The notes under the pieces were generated by a model. The model worked only from the letters and a program-made list of their open reading frames with translations, was not told where the DNA came from and made no database searches. 64,000 nt of DNA from Escherichia coli (GTDB lineage: Bacteria > Pseudomonadota > Gammaproteobacteria > Enterobacterales > Enterobacteriaceae): NCBI RefSeq assembly GCF_044324785.1, contig NZ_CP172127.1; one strand, 5' to 3'. The position numbers and the translations under genes were made by a program. This document shows positions 34,493 through 49,670 of this stretch, piece after piece (positions within the stretch are counted from its first letter, which is position 1; every line of letters starts with the position of its first letter).

Positions 34493-34682
34493 TATACAAA
34501 GCGGCAGGTTATGGCCTTTTTTTATAATTTATAGTTAAAAACGCGATATAATACAGCGCCGCACAGCAGGATCGCTGCCTTGACAGTTCATCTACATCAG
34601 CGTTAAAAATCCCGCAGTAGATGAAGTTGTGGTGGTGGACTAATGACCACTCTAAATGTTTAACCGGAAGAAGTCAGAGCTA

Positions 34683-35849
34683 ATGAAAATAACAATTTCA
34701 GGAACAGGTTATGTTGGTCTTTCAAATGGTATTCTGATTGCGCAAAATCACGAAGTGGTTGCACTGGATATCGTTCAGGCCAAAGTGGACATGCTTAACA
34801 AGAAGCAGTCACCGATTGTTGATAAGGAGATTGAAGAGTATCTGGCGACTAAAGATCTCAATTTCCGCGCTACGACAGATAAGTATGACGCGTATAAAAA
34901 TGCCGATTACGTTATTATTGCCACGCCTACCGATTATGACCCGAAAACAAATTATTTTAATACCTCAAGCGTGGAAGCGGTCATTCGCGATGTGACAGAA
35001 ATTAATCCTAATGCTGTCATGGTGATTAAATCTACAATTCCGGTAGGTTTCACCAAATCAATTAAAGAACGTCTGGGTATCGATAACCTTATTTTCTCTC
35101 CGGAATTTCTCCGTGAAGGTAAAGCCCTTTACGATAATCTCCATCCTTCACGTATTGTCATTGGTGAGCGTTCAGAACGCGCAGAACGTTTTGCTGCGTT
35201 GTTACAGGAAGGGGCGATTAAGCAAAATATCCCGACCCTGTTCACCGATTCAACCGAAGCAGAAGCGATTAAACTTTTCGCTAATACCTATCTGGCGATG
35301 CGCGTAGCATACTTTAATGAACTGGATAGCTATGCAGAAAGTTTAGGTCTGAATACTCGCCAGATTATCGAAGGCGTTTGTCTCGATCCGCGTATTGGCA
35401 ACCATTACAACAATCCGTCGTTTGGTTATGGTGGTTATTGTCTGCCGAAAGATACCAAGCAGTTACTGGCGAACTACCAGTCTGTGCCGAATAACCTGAT
35501 TTCGGCAATTGTCGATGCTAACCGCACACGTAAAGACTTTATTGCCGATGCCATTTTGTCACGCAAACCGCAAGTGGTGGGTATTTATCGTCTGATTATG
35601 AAGAGCGGTTCAGATAACTTCCGTGCGTCTTCCATTCAGGGGATTATGAAGCGTATCAAGGCGAAAGGCGTTGAAGTGATCATCTACGAACCGGTGATGA
35701 AAGAAGACTCATTCTTCAACTCTCGCCTGGAACGTGATCTCGCGACCTTCAAACAACAAGCCGACGTCATTATCTCTAACCGTATGGCAGAAGAGCTTAA
35801 GGATGTGGCAGATAAGGTATACACCCGCGATCTCTTTGGCAGTGACTAA
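34683..35849 (+). CDS. ugd: UDP-glucose 6-dehydrogenase
   Basis: 388 aa from ATG at 34683 ([16 protein letters not shown]...); matches E. coli Ugd. Confidence 0.9.
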   Translation: MKITISGTGYVGLSNGILIAQNHEVVALDIVQAKVDMLNKKQSPIVDKEIEEYLATKDLNFRATTDKYDAYKNADYVIIATPTDYDPKTNYFNTSSVEAVIRDVTEINPNAVMVIKSTIPVGFTKSIKERLGIDNLIFSPEFLREGKALYDNLHPSRIVIGERSERAERFAALLQEGAIKQNIPTLFTDSTEAEAIKLFANTYLAMRVAYFNELDSYAESLGLNTRQIIEGVCLDPRIGNHYNNPSFGYGGYCLPKDTKQLLANYQSVPNNLISAIVDANRTRKDFIADAILSRKPQVVGIYRLIMKSGSDNFRASSIQGIMKRIKAKGVEVIIYEPVMKEDSFFNSRLERDLATFKQQADVIISNRMAEELKDVADKVYTRDLFGSD

Positions 35850-35992
35850 CATCCTGTTATCAGGGCGATTTTCGCCCTGATTCTCTTATGTTCCCTTTGT
35901 AATAATTCATTATTTTTATCATTTATCCTATAGCATTCATGGCGATTATCGCTAAACTATGGCGACTTAAAATTATTTCGTCCGTTAGGGTA

Positions 35993-36973
35993 ATGATGAG
36001 AGTAGAAAATAATAATGTTTCTGGGCAAAACCATGACCCGGAACAGATTGATTTGATTGATTTACTGGTGCAGTTGTGGCGTGGCAAGATGACAATTATC
36101 ATCTCTGTCATTGTTGCTATTGCCCTGGCTATAGGGTATCTGGCCGTTGCCAAAGAAAAGTGGACTTCCACAGCTATCGTTACTCAACCTGATGTGGGGC
36201 AAATCGCTGGTTATACCAACGCGATGAATGTGATCTACGGATCGGCTGTACCGAAAGTCTCCGACATTCAGGCTTCACTTATCGGACGTTACAGCACTGC
36301 ATTCTCAGCATTAGCGGAAACGCTGGATAACCAGGAAGAAGCAGAAAAGCTGACCATTGAGCCTACCGTTAAAAATCAGTCATTACCTTTAGCGGTTTCT
36401 TATGTGGGTGAAACACCTGAAGGTGCGCAGAAACAGCTGGCGAAGTATATCCAGCAAGTTGACGACCAGGTAAACGAAGAACTGGAAAAAGACCTGAAAG
36501 ACAACATCGCGCTGCGTATGAAAAACTTGCAGGATTCGCTGAAGACCCAGGAAGTGGTCGCGCAGGAGCAGAAAGATCTGCGTATCCGTCAGATTCAGGA
36601 AGCGTTGCAGTATGCGAATCAGGCGCAGGTGACAAAGCCACAGGTTCAGCAGACTGAAGATGTGACACAAGACACGTTGTTCCTTTTGGGGAGCGAAGCG
36701 CTGGAGTCGATGATTAAGCATGAGGCGACCCGTCCGTTGGTGTTCTCGCCAAACTACTATCAGACTCGTCAAAACCTGCTGGATATCGAAAGCTTAAAAG
36801 TTGATGATCTTGATATTCATGCTTACCGTTATGTGATGAAACCGACGTTACCTATTCGTCGCGATAGTCCGAAAAAGGCAATCACCTTGATTCTGGCGGT
36901 GCTGCTGGGCGGCATGGTTGGCGCGGGGATTGTGCTGGGGCGTAACGCTCTGCGTAATTACAACGCGAAGTAA
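35993..36973 (+). CDS. wzzB: O-antigen chain-length determinant WzzB
   Basis: 326 aa; N- and C-terminal TM segments with coiled-coil periplasmic domain; matches E. coli WzzB. Confidence 0.9.
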   Translation: MMRVENNNVSGQNHDPEQIDLIDLLVQLWRGKMTIIISVIVAIALAIGYLAVAKEKWTSTAIVTQPDVGQIAGYTNAMNVIYGSAVPKVSDIQASLIGRYSTAFSALAETLDNQEEAEKLTIEPTVKNQSLPLAVSYVGETPEGAQKQLAKYIQQVDDQVNEELEKDLKDNIALRMKNLQDSLKTQEVVAQEQKDLRIRQIQEALQYANQAQVTKPQVQQTEDVTQDTLFLLGSEALESMIKHEATRPLVFSPNYYQTRQNLLDIESLKVDDLDIHAYRYVMKPTLPIRRDSPKKAITLILAVLLGGMVGAGIVLGRNALRNYNAK

Positions 36974-36990
36974 TCTTTTCGGTTTTAAAG

Positions 36991-37028
36991 AAAAAGGGCA
37001 GGGTGGTGACACCTTGCCCGTTTTTTTT
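36991..37028. terminator. Bidirectional rho-independent terminator between convergent wzzB and hisI
   Basis: 10-bp GC-rich stem (gggcagggtg/caccttgccc) flanked by A5 upstream and T8 downstream. Confidence 0.6.
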
Positions 37029-37069
37029 GCCGGATGCGACAACAATATCGCATCCGCTTACCCCGCAAC

Positions 37070-37674
37070 TCACTGATGCCGTTTACGCAGGTTCTCAATC
37101 ACCGTCGTTAAATCCAGATCCTGATCCTGCAACAATACCAGCAGGTGATACATCAAGTCAGACGCCTCGTTGGTGAGTTCAAAGCGGTCATGTACCGTTG
37201 CTGCTAGTGCGGTTTCCACGCCTTCTTCGCCCACTTTCTGTGCAATGCGTTTGGTGCCGCTGGCATACAGTTTGGCGGTGTAGGAGGTTTCCGGGTCGGC
37301 AGATTTACGTTCGGCGAGCAGTTGTTCCAGTTGATACAGGAACAGCCACTGGTGAGCGGTGTCGCCGAAGCAGCTGCTGGTGCCTTTGTGGCAGGTTGGT
37401 CCGATAGGATTCGCCAGTACCAGTAGCGTGTCGTTGTCGCAGTCCGGCGCAATATTTACTACGTTGAGGAAATTGCCCGACGTTTCGCCTTTGGTCCACA
37501 GCCGTTGTTTAGTGCGCGAGAAGAAGGTGACTTTGCCGCTTTCGATGGTTTTGTCTAAAGCTTCCGGGTTCATATAGCCCAGCATTAGCACTTCACCGGA
37601 TACCGCGTGTTGCACAATCACCGGCATAAGTCCGTCGGTTTTTTCCCAGTCCAGTTCGCGACGTTGTTGTTCTG

Positions 37675-37681
<7 letters not shown>
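37070..37681 (-). CDS. hisI: Bifunctional phosphoribosyl-AMP cyclohydrolase / phosphoribosyl-ATP pyrophosphatase
   Basis: 203 aa, matches E. coli HisIE. Confidence 0.95.
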
Positions 37682-39759
<2,078 letters not shown>

Positions 39760-39760
<1 letters not shown>

Positions 39761-40826
39761 TACAGCACTCCTTTCGACGAGGGCAGGGTATCGCCTTCCA
39801 CGCGGATGGCCTGGCGCAGGGTGCGACCAAAGGCTTTGAACAGGCTCTCTACACGGTGGTGATCGTTTTTACCTTTGGTTTTCAGGTGCAACGTCACGCC
39901 CATGGTGTAAGAGAGCGAACGGAAGAAGTGCTCGATCATCTCGGTGCTGAGATCGCCGACGCGCTGGTAGGTAAATTCAGCTTTATATTCCAGGTGTGGG
40001 CGACCAGAGATATCCAGTGCACAGCGGGCAAGGCATTCGTCCATCGGCAGCACAAAACCAAAGCGGCAAATACCGCGTTTGTCACCGAGGGCAATTTTTA
40101 ATGCTTCGCCCAGCGCCAGGCCGGTATCTTCGACGGTGTGGTGATCGTCGATATAGAGGTCGCCTTTGACGTTGATTTCCATACGGAAACCGCCGTGGGT
40201 AGCGATCTGATCCAGCATGTGATCAAAGAAGCCAACGCCGGTGTTAATCTTGCTGCCACCTTCGCGATCCAGCCACACCTGGACGTCAATCTGCGTCTCT
40301 TTGGTGTTGCGCACTACATGGGCGTAACGGTCTCGTTTCGTGAGTTGCTCGCCAATCATCGGCCAGTTCAGGGTTTCGCGGTTGTAGCGTAAACCATTAA
40401 TGCCCATGTTTTCCGCCAGTTGAATGTCGGTCGCGCGATCGCCAATCACATAACTGTTGGCGCGATCCATCGCTTGCTCAGCCAGGTAACGCTCCACCAG
40501 TTTTACTTTCGGCTTACGGCAGTCGCACTCATCGGCGGGCAGGTGCGGACAAATCAGCACTTCATCAAACTGCACGCCTTGCGAGGTGAAGATCTGCATC
40601 ATCAGGTTGTGCGGGCCATCAAAATCCGCCTGCGGGAAACTTTGTGTTCCAAGACCATCCTGATTAGTGATCATCACCAGCTTGTAGCCCGCTTTTTGCA
40701 GCTTCAGCAGCTCCGGGATCACGCCTGGTTCAAAGGCGAGTTTGTCAAAACGGTCCACCTGAAAATCACTCGGCGGTTCGCTAATCAGGGTTCCATCGCG
40801 ATCGATAAAAAGATACTTCTGACTCA

Positions 40827-40827
<1 letters not shown>
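39760..40827 (-). CDS. hisB: Bifunctional histidinol-phosphatase / imidazoleglycerol-phosphate dehydratase
   Basis: 355 aa from ATG at 40827 ([15 protein letters not shown]...); matches E. coli HisB. Confidence 0.95.
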
Positions 40828-43198
<2,371 letters not shown>

Positions 43199-43203
43199 GG
43201 CGA

Positions 43204-44103
43204 TCACTCCATCATCTTCTCAATCGGCAGGACCAGGATTGAACTGGCACCCAGCGCTTTCAGTTTTTCCATCGTTTCCCAGAACAGGGTTTCGCTGCTG
43301 ACCATGTGCATCGCTACGCGCTGTTGATCACCCGCCAGCGGCAGAATGGTTGGGCGTTCGGCACCTGGCAGCAGGGCGATGACTTCATCCAGGCGTTCGG
43401 TCGGTGCGTGCATCATGATGTATTTTGATTCGCGCGCCTGGATCACACCCTGAATACGGGTCAGCAGTTTGTCGATCAGCTGCTGTTTAGATTCTTCCAT
43501 TTCTCCATCGCGCTGGATCAGGCAGGCTTTCGAGCGGTAGATAACTTCGACTTCGCGCAGGCCATTTGCTTCCAGCGTGGCACCGGTGGAAACCAGATCG
43601 CAAATCGCATCCGCCAGTCCGGCGCGCGGGGCGACTTCAACAGAACCGTTCAGTAAGCAGGATTTAAAAGAGATGCCTTTCTGGTCGAGATAACGCTTGA
43701 GCAGGTGAGGATAAGAGGTGGCGATACGTTTACCGTTTAAGGAGAGCGGACCGTCCCAGGCTTCATCAACCGGCGTTGCCAGCGAAAGGCGGCAGCCGCC
43801 GAAATCCAGTCGACGCAGGGTAAAGTAGCGCGGATCTTCACCCTGGGCGCGGCGGTTAAGCAGCTCTTCTTCCAGCACGTTTTCGCCGATAATCCCAAGG
43901 TCTACCACGCCGTCCATTACCAGACCGGGAATGTCGTCGTCACGCACGCGCAGAATATCAATCGGCATGTTTTCTGCCATCGCGATCAGGCGCTGGGTGT
44001 GAAGATTAATTTTAATGCCACAGCGCGCCAGTAATTCGCGTGAGTCATCACTTAAACGGCCGGATTTCTGCATAGCTATGCGTAAACGAGTGTTGTCTGT
44101 CAT
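43204..44103 (-). CDS. hisG: ATP phosphoribosyltransferase
   Basis: 299 aa from ATG at 44103 ([15 protein letters not shown]...); matches E. coli HisG. Confidence 0.95.
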
Positions 44104-44248
44104 TTTGTTATTCCTCTTTAAACCTGTCTGAACCGTTATCAACCGCGCAATAAAAAAGCCCCCGGAAGGTGATCTTCCGGGGGCTTTCTCATGCGTTCAT
44201 GCACCACTGGAAGATCTGAATGTCTTCCAGCACACATCGCCTGAAAGA
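44104..44248 (-). promoter_or_regulatory. his operon attenuator, including the rho-independent terminator hairpin (about 44150-44186)
   Basis: Between hisL and hisG; minus-strand hairpin agcccccggaag/cttccgggggct followed by TTTTTTATT. Confidence 0.85.
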
Positions 44249-44299
44249 CTAGTCAGGATGATGGTGATGATGGTGGTGTTTAAATTGAACGCGTGTCAT
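44249..44299 (-). CDS. hisL: his operon leader peptide
   Basis: Minus-strand ORF ATG ACA CGC GTT CAA TTT AAA CAC CAC CAT CAT CAC CAT CAT CCT GAC TAG = MTRVQFKHHHHHHHPD (seven consecutive His codons). Confidence 0.95.
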   Translation of the reverse strand: MTRVQFKHHHHHHHPD

Positions 44300-44519
44300 A
44301 AAAGTCTCTGTGAATGTTTATTCAACTGATGTCATTTAACCTAAACCACTTTCACGTTAGAAAGCAAGGGCTTTTTTATATATTTTATGGCGATGGATTT
44401 GTTTAATGAATGAGCGGGGAAAGGTGGGGGCCAGGAGTGACTACGTTAGAAAAGTAATCGTGAAAATATGTCTTTAAAACCCTCAAGAACATTGTGTTCT
44501 GTAACTAAAGTGGGCTTTG

Positions 44520-44620
44520 TTCCTGCCGGATGCGGCGTGAATGCCTTATCAGGTCTACAAATGTTGCCTAAATTCAATATATTGATGTTTTTGTAGGACT
44601 GATAAGCGGAGCGCATCAGT
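44520..44620. repeat. BIME-like pair of inverted REP elements in the hisL-yeeZ intergenic region
   Basis: gccggatgcggcgtgaatgccttatcaggtctac (44525-44558) and inverted partner gtaggactgataagcggagcgcatcag (44593-44619). Confidence 0.6.
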
Positions 44621-44725
44621 CAATGGTATATTTGCTAACAGTTTCGATTTCATTCATAGAATGAATTGTCAGTTTTGATACGCTAGCGTAGCCTTATAGA
44701 TCTAAGGTGTATCAGGAGATAACGG

Positions 44726-45550
44726 ATGAAAAAGGTCGCAATTGTCGGGTTAGGGTGGTTAGGCATGCCGCTGGCGATGTCACTTTCAGCGCGAGGCTGG
44801 CAAGTCACCGGGAGTAAAACCACACAAGATGGTGTCGAAGCGGCCCGAATGAGTGGCATTGATAGCTATCTGCTTCGCATGGAGCCTGAGTTAGTTTGCG
44901 ATTCTGACGATCTGGATGCCCTGATGGATGCCGATGCGCTGGTCATTACGCTTCCGGCACGTCGTAGCGGCCCCGGCGATGAGTTCTATTTACAAGCGGT
45001 ACAAGAGTTAGTGGATAGCGCGCTGGCCCATCGTATTCCCCGCATTATTTTTACCAGCTCAACATCTGTCTATGGCGACGCGCAAGGCACGGTGAAAGAA
45101 ACCACCCCGCGTAATCCGGTGACCAACAGTGGACGAGTATTAGAAGAACTCGAAGACTGGTTGCACAATTTACCCGGTACTTCGGTCGATATTCTGCGTC
45201 TTGCGGGCCTGGTCGGGCCGGGACGTCATCCCGGACGTTTCTTTGCCGGAAAAACCGCCCCTGATGGTGAACATGGTGTTAATTTAGTCCATTTAGAAGA
45301 TGTTATTGGCGCTATCACTCTGTTGTTACAGGCACCTAAAGGCGGACACATCTATAATATATGTGCGCCAGCTCACCCTGCGCGTAATGTTTTCTACCCG
45401 CAGATGGCCCGTTTACTGGGGCTGGAACCTCCGCAGTTCAGAAATAGTCTGGACAGCGGCAAAGGTAAGATTATTGATGGCAGTCGGATTTGTAATGAAC
45501 TGGGATTTGAATACCAGTATCCCGATCCGCTGGTAATGCCGCTGGAGTAA
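44726..45550 (+). CDS. yeeZ: NAD(P)-binding epimerase/dehydratase-family protein YeeZ
   Basis: 274 aa, matches K-12 YeeZ. Confidence 0.85.
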   Translation: MKKVAIVGLGWLGMPLAMSLSARGWQVTGSKTTQDGVEAARMSGIDSYLLRMEPELVCDSDDLDALMDADALVITLPARRSGPGDEFYLQAVQELVDSALAHRIPRIIFTSSTSVYGDAQGTVKETTPRNPVTNSGRVLEELEDWLHNLPGTSVDILRLAGLVGPGRHPGRFFAGKTAPDGEHGVNLVHLEDVIGAITLLLQAPKGGHIYNICAPAHPARNVFYPQMARLLGLEPPQFRNSLDSGKGKIIDGSRICNELGFEYQYPDPLVMPLE

Positions 45551-45595
45551 ACGATCACGCCAGCAGGACGCCGCATGCACTGCAAGGGGGCGTGT

Positions 45596-46525
45596 ATGAA
45601 ACCACTGCTGGATGTGTTGATGATCCTCGATGCCTTAGAAAAAGAGGGCAGTTTTGCGGCGGCGTCGGCTAAACTCTACAAGACGCCGTCCGCTCTGAGT
45701 TATACCGTTCACAAGCTGGAAAGCGACCTTAATATTCAATTGCTTGATCGTAGCGGACACCGCGCTAAATTCACCCGCACCGGAAAAATGTTATTAGAGA
45801 AAGGGCGGGAAGTTCTGCATACCGTGCGAGAACTGGAAAAGCAGGCGATCAAACTGCATGAAGGCTGGGAAAACGAGCTGGTGATTGGCGTGGACGACAC
45901 GTTTCCTTTTTCTCTGCTTGCGCCACTCATTGAAGCTTTTTATCAACATCATAGTGTGACGCGCCTGAAGTTTATCAATGGCGTACTCGGTGGCTCCTGG
46001 GATGCCCTGACTCAGGGTCGAGCGGATATTATTGTTGGCGCAATGCATGAGCCACCATCTTCCAGTGAGTTTGGTTTTTCACGGTTGGGCGATCTGGAAC
46101 AAGTCTTTGCGGTCGCGCCTCATCATCCGTTAGCCCTGGAAGAAGAACCGTTAAACCGTCGTATCATTAAACGATATCGGGCGATTGTGGTGGGGGACAC
46201 TGCACAGGCCGGCGCTTCTACGGCCTCACAACTTCTCGACGAACAAGAAGCTATTACCGTTTTCGATTTTAAAACCAAGCTGGAGCTGCAAATTAGCGGC
46301 CTCGGCTGCGGCTATTTACCCCGTTATCTGGCGCAACGTTTTCTCGATAGTGGCGCGTTAATCGAGAAGAAAGTAGTCGCCCAAACTCTCTTTGAACCCG
46401 TCTGGATTGGCTGGAACGAACAGACCGCAGGGCTTGCCAGCGGTTGGTGGCGAGATGAAATTTTAGCAAATAGTGCGATCGCCGGTGTTTATGCAAAATC
46501 TGATGACGGAAAATCAGCCATTTAA
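45596..46525 (+). CDS. yeeY: LysR-family transcriptional regulator YeeY
   Basis: 309 aa from ATG at 45596 (MKPLLDVLMILDALEKEGSF...); N-terminal HTH; matches K-12 YeeY. Confidence 0.85.
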   Translation: MKPLLDVLMILDALEKEGSFAAASAKLYKTPSALSYTVHKLESDLNIQLLDRSGHRAKFTRTGKMLLEKGREVLHTVRELEKQAIKLHEGWENELVIGVDDTFPFSLLAPLIEAFYQHHSVTRLKFINGVLGGSWDALTQGRADIIVGAMHEPPSSSEFGFSRLGDLEQVFAVAPHHPLALEEEPLNRRIIKRYRAIVVGDTAQAGASTASQLLDEQEAITVFDFKTKLELQISGLGCGYLPRYLAQRFLDSGALIEKKVVAQTLFEPVWIGWNEQTAGLASGWWRDEILANSAIAGVYAKSDDGKSAI

Positions 46526-46791
46526 AGAAAAATTATTATGACAAGCCTCTCATTCTCTTGTCATTTCCCCCCCATTTAGGCACAATGCGCCGCTGTCAAA
46601 AAATGACTAAAAACCGACGTTTCATCAGCGTCGGTTATTTTTTGCTTCAAACCAATCATTCATACCAAGAGGCCGGGCTTCGTACCGGATAGATATTTAC
46701 TAAAAATCGACAGTTGTTGTCGCTGAGGAATCCAAAAAAATGGGGCAATTTTTTGCTTACGCGACGGTTATCACCGTAAAGGAGAATGACC

Positions 46792-48150
46792 ATGTCGCAT
46801 AACGTTACTCCAAACACCTCTCGCGTGGAATTGCGTAAAACGCTTACGTTAGTTCCGGTTGTAATGATGGGTCTTGCCTATATGCAGCCGATGACGCTGT
46901 TTGATACTTTTGGTATCGTTTCAGGCCTCACGGATGGTCATGTGCCGACAGCCTATGCGTTCGCATTGATTGCGATCCTGTTTACGGCTCTGAGCTACGG
47001 GAAGCTGGTTCGCCGCTATCCTTCTGCTGGCTCTGCATACACTTACGCCCAGAAATCCATTAGCCCGACTGTCGGCTTTATGGTGGGTTGGTCTTCTCTG
47101 CTCGACTATCTGTTCGCGCCGATGATCAACATTCTGCTGGCGAAAATCTATTTTGAAGCTCTGGTGCCTTCCATCCCATCGTGGATGTTTGTGGTGGCGC
47201 TGGTGGCCTTTATGACCGCCTTTAACCTGCGTAGTCTGAAATCCGTAGCGAACTTCAACACTGTAATCGTCGTGTTGCAGGTAGTGCTGATCGCGGTGAT
47301 TCTGGGCATGGTTGTTTATGGCGTATTTGAAGGTGAAGGCGCTGGTACGCTGGCGAGCACTCGTCCGTTCTGGTCTGGCGATGCGCATGTTATCCCGATG
47401 ATTACCGGGGCGACAATCCTGTGCTTCTCCTTTACCGGCTTTGACGGCATCAGCAACCTGTCGGAAGAAACCAAAGATGCAGAGCGCGTGATCCCGCGTG
47501 CGATTTTCCTGACCGCGCTGATCGGCGGCATGATCTTCATCTTTGCAACTTACTTCCTGCAACTGTATTTCCCGGATATCTCTCGCTTTAAAGATCCGGA
47601 TGCGTCACAGCCTGAAATCATGCTGTACGTTGCGGGTAAAGCGTTCCAGGTTGGCGCGCTGATCTTCTCCACCATTACCGTACTGGCGTCCGGTATGGCG
47701 GCGCACGCAGGCGTTGCGCGTCTGATGTACGTAATGGGGCGTGACGGTGTGTTCCCGAAAAGCTTCTTCGGTTATGTACACCCGAAATGGCGTACTCCGG
47801 CAATGAACATCATCCTGGTTGGCGCGATTGCCTTGCTGGCAATCAACTTCGACCTGGTAATGGCTACGGCGCTGATTAACTTTGGTGCGCTGGTGGCGTT
47901 CACCTTCGTTAACCTGTCGGTTATTTCGCAGTTCTGGATCCGTGAGAAGCGTAACAAGACGCTGAAAGATCACTTCCAGTATCTGTTCCTGCCGATGTGT
48001 GGTGCGCTGACCGTTGGTGCGCTGTGGGTTAACCTGGAAGAAAGCTCAATGGTTCTGGGTCTGATCTGGGCGGCTATCGGCCTGATTTACCTGGCTTGCG
48101 TCACCAAGAGCTTCCGTAACCCGGTTCCGCAGTACGAAGACGTTGCATAA
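46792..48150 (+). CDS. plaP: Low-affinity putrescine importer PlaP (APC superfamily)
   Basis: 452 aa from ATG at 46792 ([10 protein letters not shown]...); 12-TM amino acid permease fold; matches K-12 PlaP/YeeF. Confidence 0.9.
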   Translation: MSHNVTPNTSRVELRKTLTLVPVVMMGLAYMQPMTLFDTFGIVSGLTDGHVPTAYAFALIAILFTALSYGKLVRRYPSAGSAYTYAQKSISPTVGFMVGWSSLLDYLFAPMINILLAKIYFEALVPSIPSWMFVVALVAFMTAFNLRSLKSVANFNTVIVVLQVVLIAVILGMVVYGVFEGEGAGTLASTRPFWSGDAHVIPMITGATILCFSFTGFDGISNLSEETKDAERVIPRAIFLTALIGGMIFIFATYFLQLYFPDISRFKDPDASQPEIMLYVAGKAFQVGALIFSTITVLASGMAAHAGVARLMYVMGRDGVFPKSFFGYVHPKWRTPAMNIILVGAIALLAINFDLVMATALINFGALVAFTFVNLSVISQFWIREKRNKTLKDHFQYLFLPMCGALTVGALWVNLEESSMVLGLIWAAIGLIYLACVTKSFRNPVPQYEDVA

Positions 48151-48167
48151 TCATCTTTTCTAATAAT

Positions 48168-48207
48168 AAACCGGAGTCGAATGAATATTTGGCTCCGGTT
48201 TTTTTAT
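48168..48207 (+). terminator. Rho-independent terminator downstream of plaP
   Basis: Stem aaccggag/ctccggtt followed by a T7 run. Confidence 0.55.
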
Positions 48208-48328
48208 TCTTTTTTATCGATATCCTCATTAATAACCATTTGTTCTAATTTAGAGAATTTGGTTATTGGTCTGCATTCCACCAGTCATGAATAATTTCCC
48301 TATTAACATTCATCTGGTTAATTAATTT

Positions 48329-49387
48329 ATGTTTTCAATGATATTAAGCGGGCTAATTTGTGGTGCTCTGCTGGGATTTGTCATGCAGCGTGGGCGTTTT
48401 TGCCTGACAGGTGGTTTTCGCGATATGTATATCGCAAAAAATAATCGCATGTTTTACGCCTTGCTGATTGCAATTTCGGTACAAAGCGTGGGGGTTTTTG
48501 CGTTAATTCAGGCGGGCCTACTGACTTACGAAGCCGGGGCGTTCCCGTGGCTTGGTACTGTTATAGGTGGGTATATCTTCGGGCTGGGAATTGTTCTGGC
48601 GGGTGGATGTGCCACCGGGACCTGGTATCGCGCGGGTGAGGGATTGATCGGCAGTTGGATCGCGCTTTTCACTTATATGGTGATGAGTGCGGTGATGCGT
48701 TCTCCACATGCCAGTGGTTTAAATCAAACCTTGCAGCACTACAGTACTGAACATAACTCTATTGCTGAGACTTTTAATTTGTCTGTGTGGCCGTTGGTTA
48801 CCGTTTTGCTGGTGATAACGCTCTGGGTGGTGATGAAAGAGTTGAAGAAGCCAAAACTCAAAGTCGCGACCTTACCGCCGCGCCGAACCGGGATCGCTCA
48901 TATTCTGTTTGAAAAACGCTGGCATCCCTTTGTCACTGCTGTACTCATCGGTTTGATTGCGCTTTTAGCCTGGCCCCTGAGTGAAGCAACCGGACGCATG
49001 TTTGGGTTAGGAATCACTTCCCCAACGGCCAATATTCTGCAATTTCTGGTCGCGGGTGACGTGAAATACATTAACTGGGGCGTTTTCCTGGTGTTAGGGA
49101 TCTTCGTGGGGTCATTTATTGCAGCCAAAGCGAGCCGTGAGTTCCGCGTTCGCGCAGCTGATGCACAAACAACATTACGTAGCGGGTTAGGTGGTGTACT
49201 GATGGGCTTCGGTGCCAGTATTGCAGGTGGTTGCTCTATCGGTAATGGACTGGTTATGACTGCAATGATGACCTGGCAGGGCTGGATTGGCCTTGTATTT
49301 ATGATTCTCGGAGTCTGGACTGCGTCCTGGCTTGTGTATGTTCGACCGCAGCGTAAGGCGCGACTGGCAACTGCTGCGGCAAATTAA
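48329..49387 (+). CDS. yeeE: Inner-membrane sulfur-compound (thiosulfate) transporter family protein YeeE
   Basis: 352 aa multi-TM protein, matches K-12 YeeE. Confidence 0.85.
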   Translation: MFSMILSGLICGALLGFVMQRGRFCLTGGFRDMYIAKNNRMFYALLIAISVQSVGVFALIQAGLLTYEAGAFPWLGTVIGGYIFGLGIVLAGGCATGTWYRAGEGLIGSWIALFTYMVMSAVMRSPHASGLNQTLQHYSTEHNSIAETFNLSVWPLVTVLLVITLWVVMKELKKPKLKVATLPPRRTGIAHILFEKRWHPFVTAVLIGLIALLAWPLSEATGRMFGLGITSPTANILQFLVAGDVKYINWGVFLVLGIFVGSFIAAKASREFRVRAADAQTTLRSGLGGVLMGFGASIAGGCSIGNGLVMTAMMTWQGWIGLVFMILGVWTASWLVYVRPQRKARLATAAAN

Positions 49388-49400
49388 GTAAGGTGTAAAG

Positions 49401-49628
49401 ATGGCGATTAAAAAGCTGGATGTGGTGACGCAGGTCTGTCCGTTTCCACTCATAGAAGCAAAAGCAGCACTGGCAGAAATGGCCAGCGGCGATGAGTTGG
49501 TAATTGAGTTTGATTGCACCCAGGCAACTGAAGCAATCCCACAGTGGGCGGCAGAAGAAGGACATGCCATCACCGATTATCAGCAGATTGGCGATGCAGC
49601 GTGGAGCATCACCGTTCAAAAAGCCTGA
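49401..49628 (+). CDS. yeeD: TusA-like sulfurtransferase YeeD
   Basis: 75 aa with CPxP motif (VCPFPL); matches K-12 YeeD; adjacent to yeeE. Confidence 0.85.
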   Translation: MAIKKLDVVTQVCPFPLIEAKAALAEMASGDELVIEFDCTQATEAIPQWAAEEGHAITDYQQIGDAAWSITVQKA

Positions 49629-49670
49629 CTCAACATTGTCCTCCGCCGTACCAGCGGCGGAGGCTTCAAA

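Noticed and set aside
34540-34660. Inverted repeat (catctac...gtagatg) upstream of ugd as a possible riboswitch or sRNA
   Set aside because: Could equally be part of the ugd promoter/operator; no conserved structure that I recognise.
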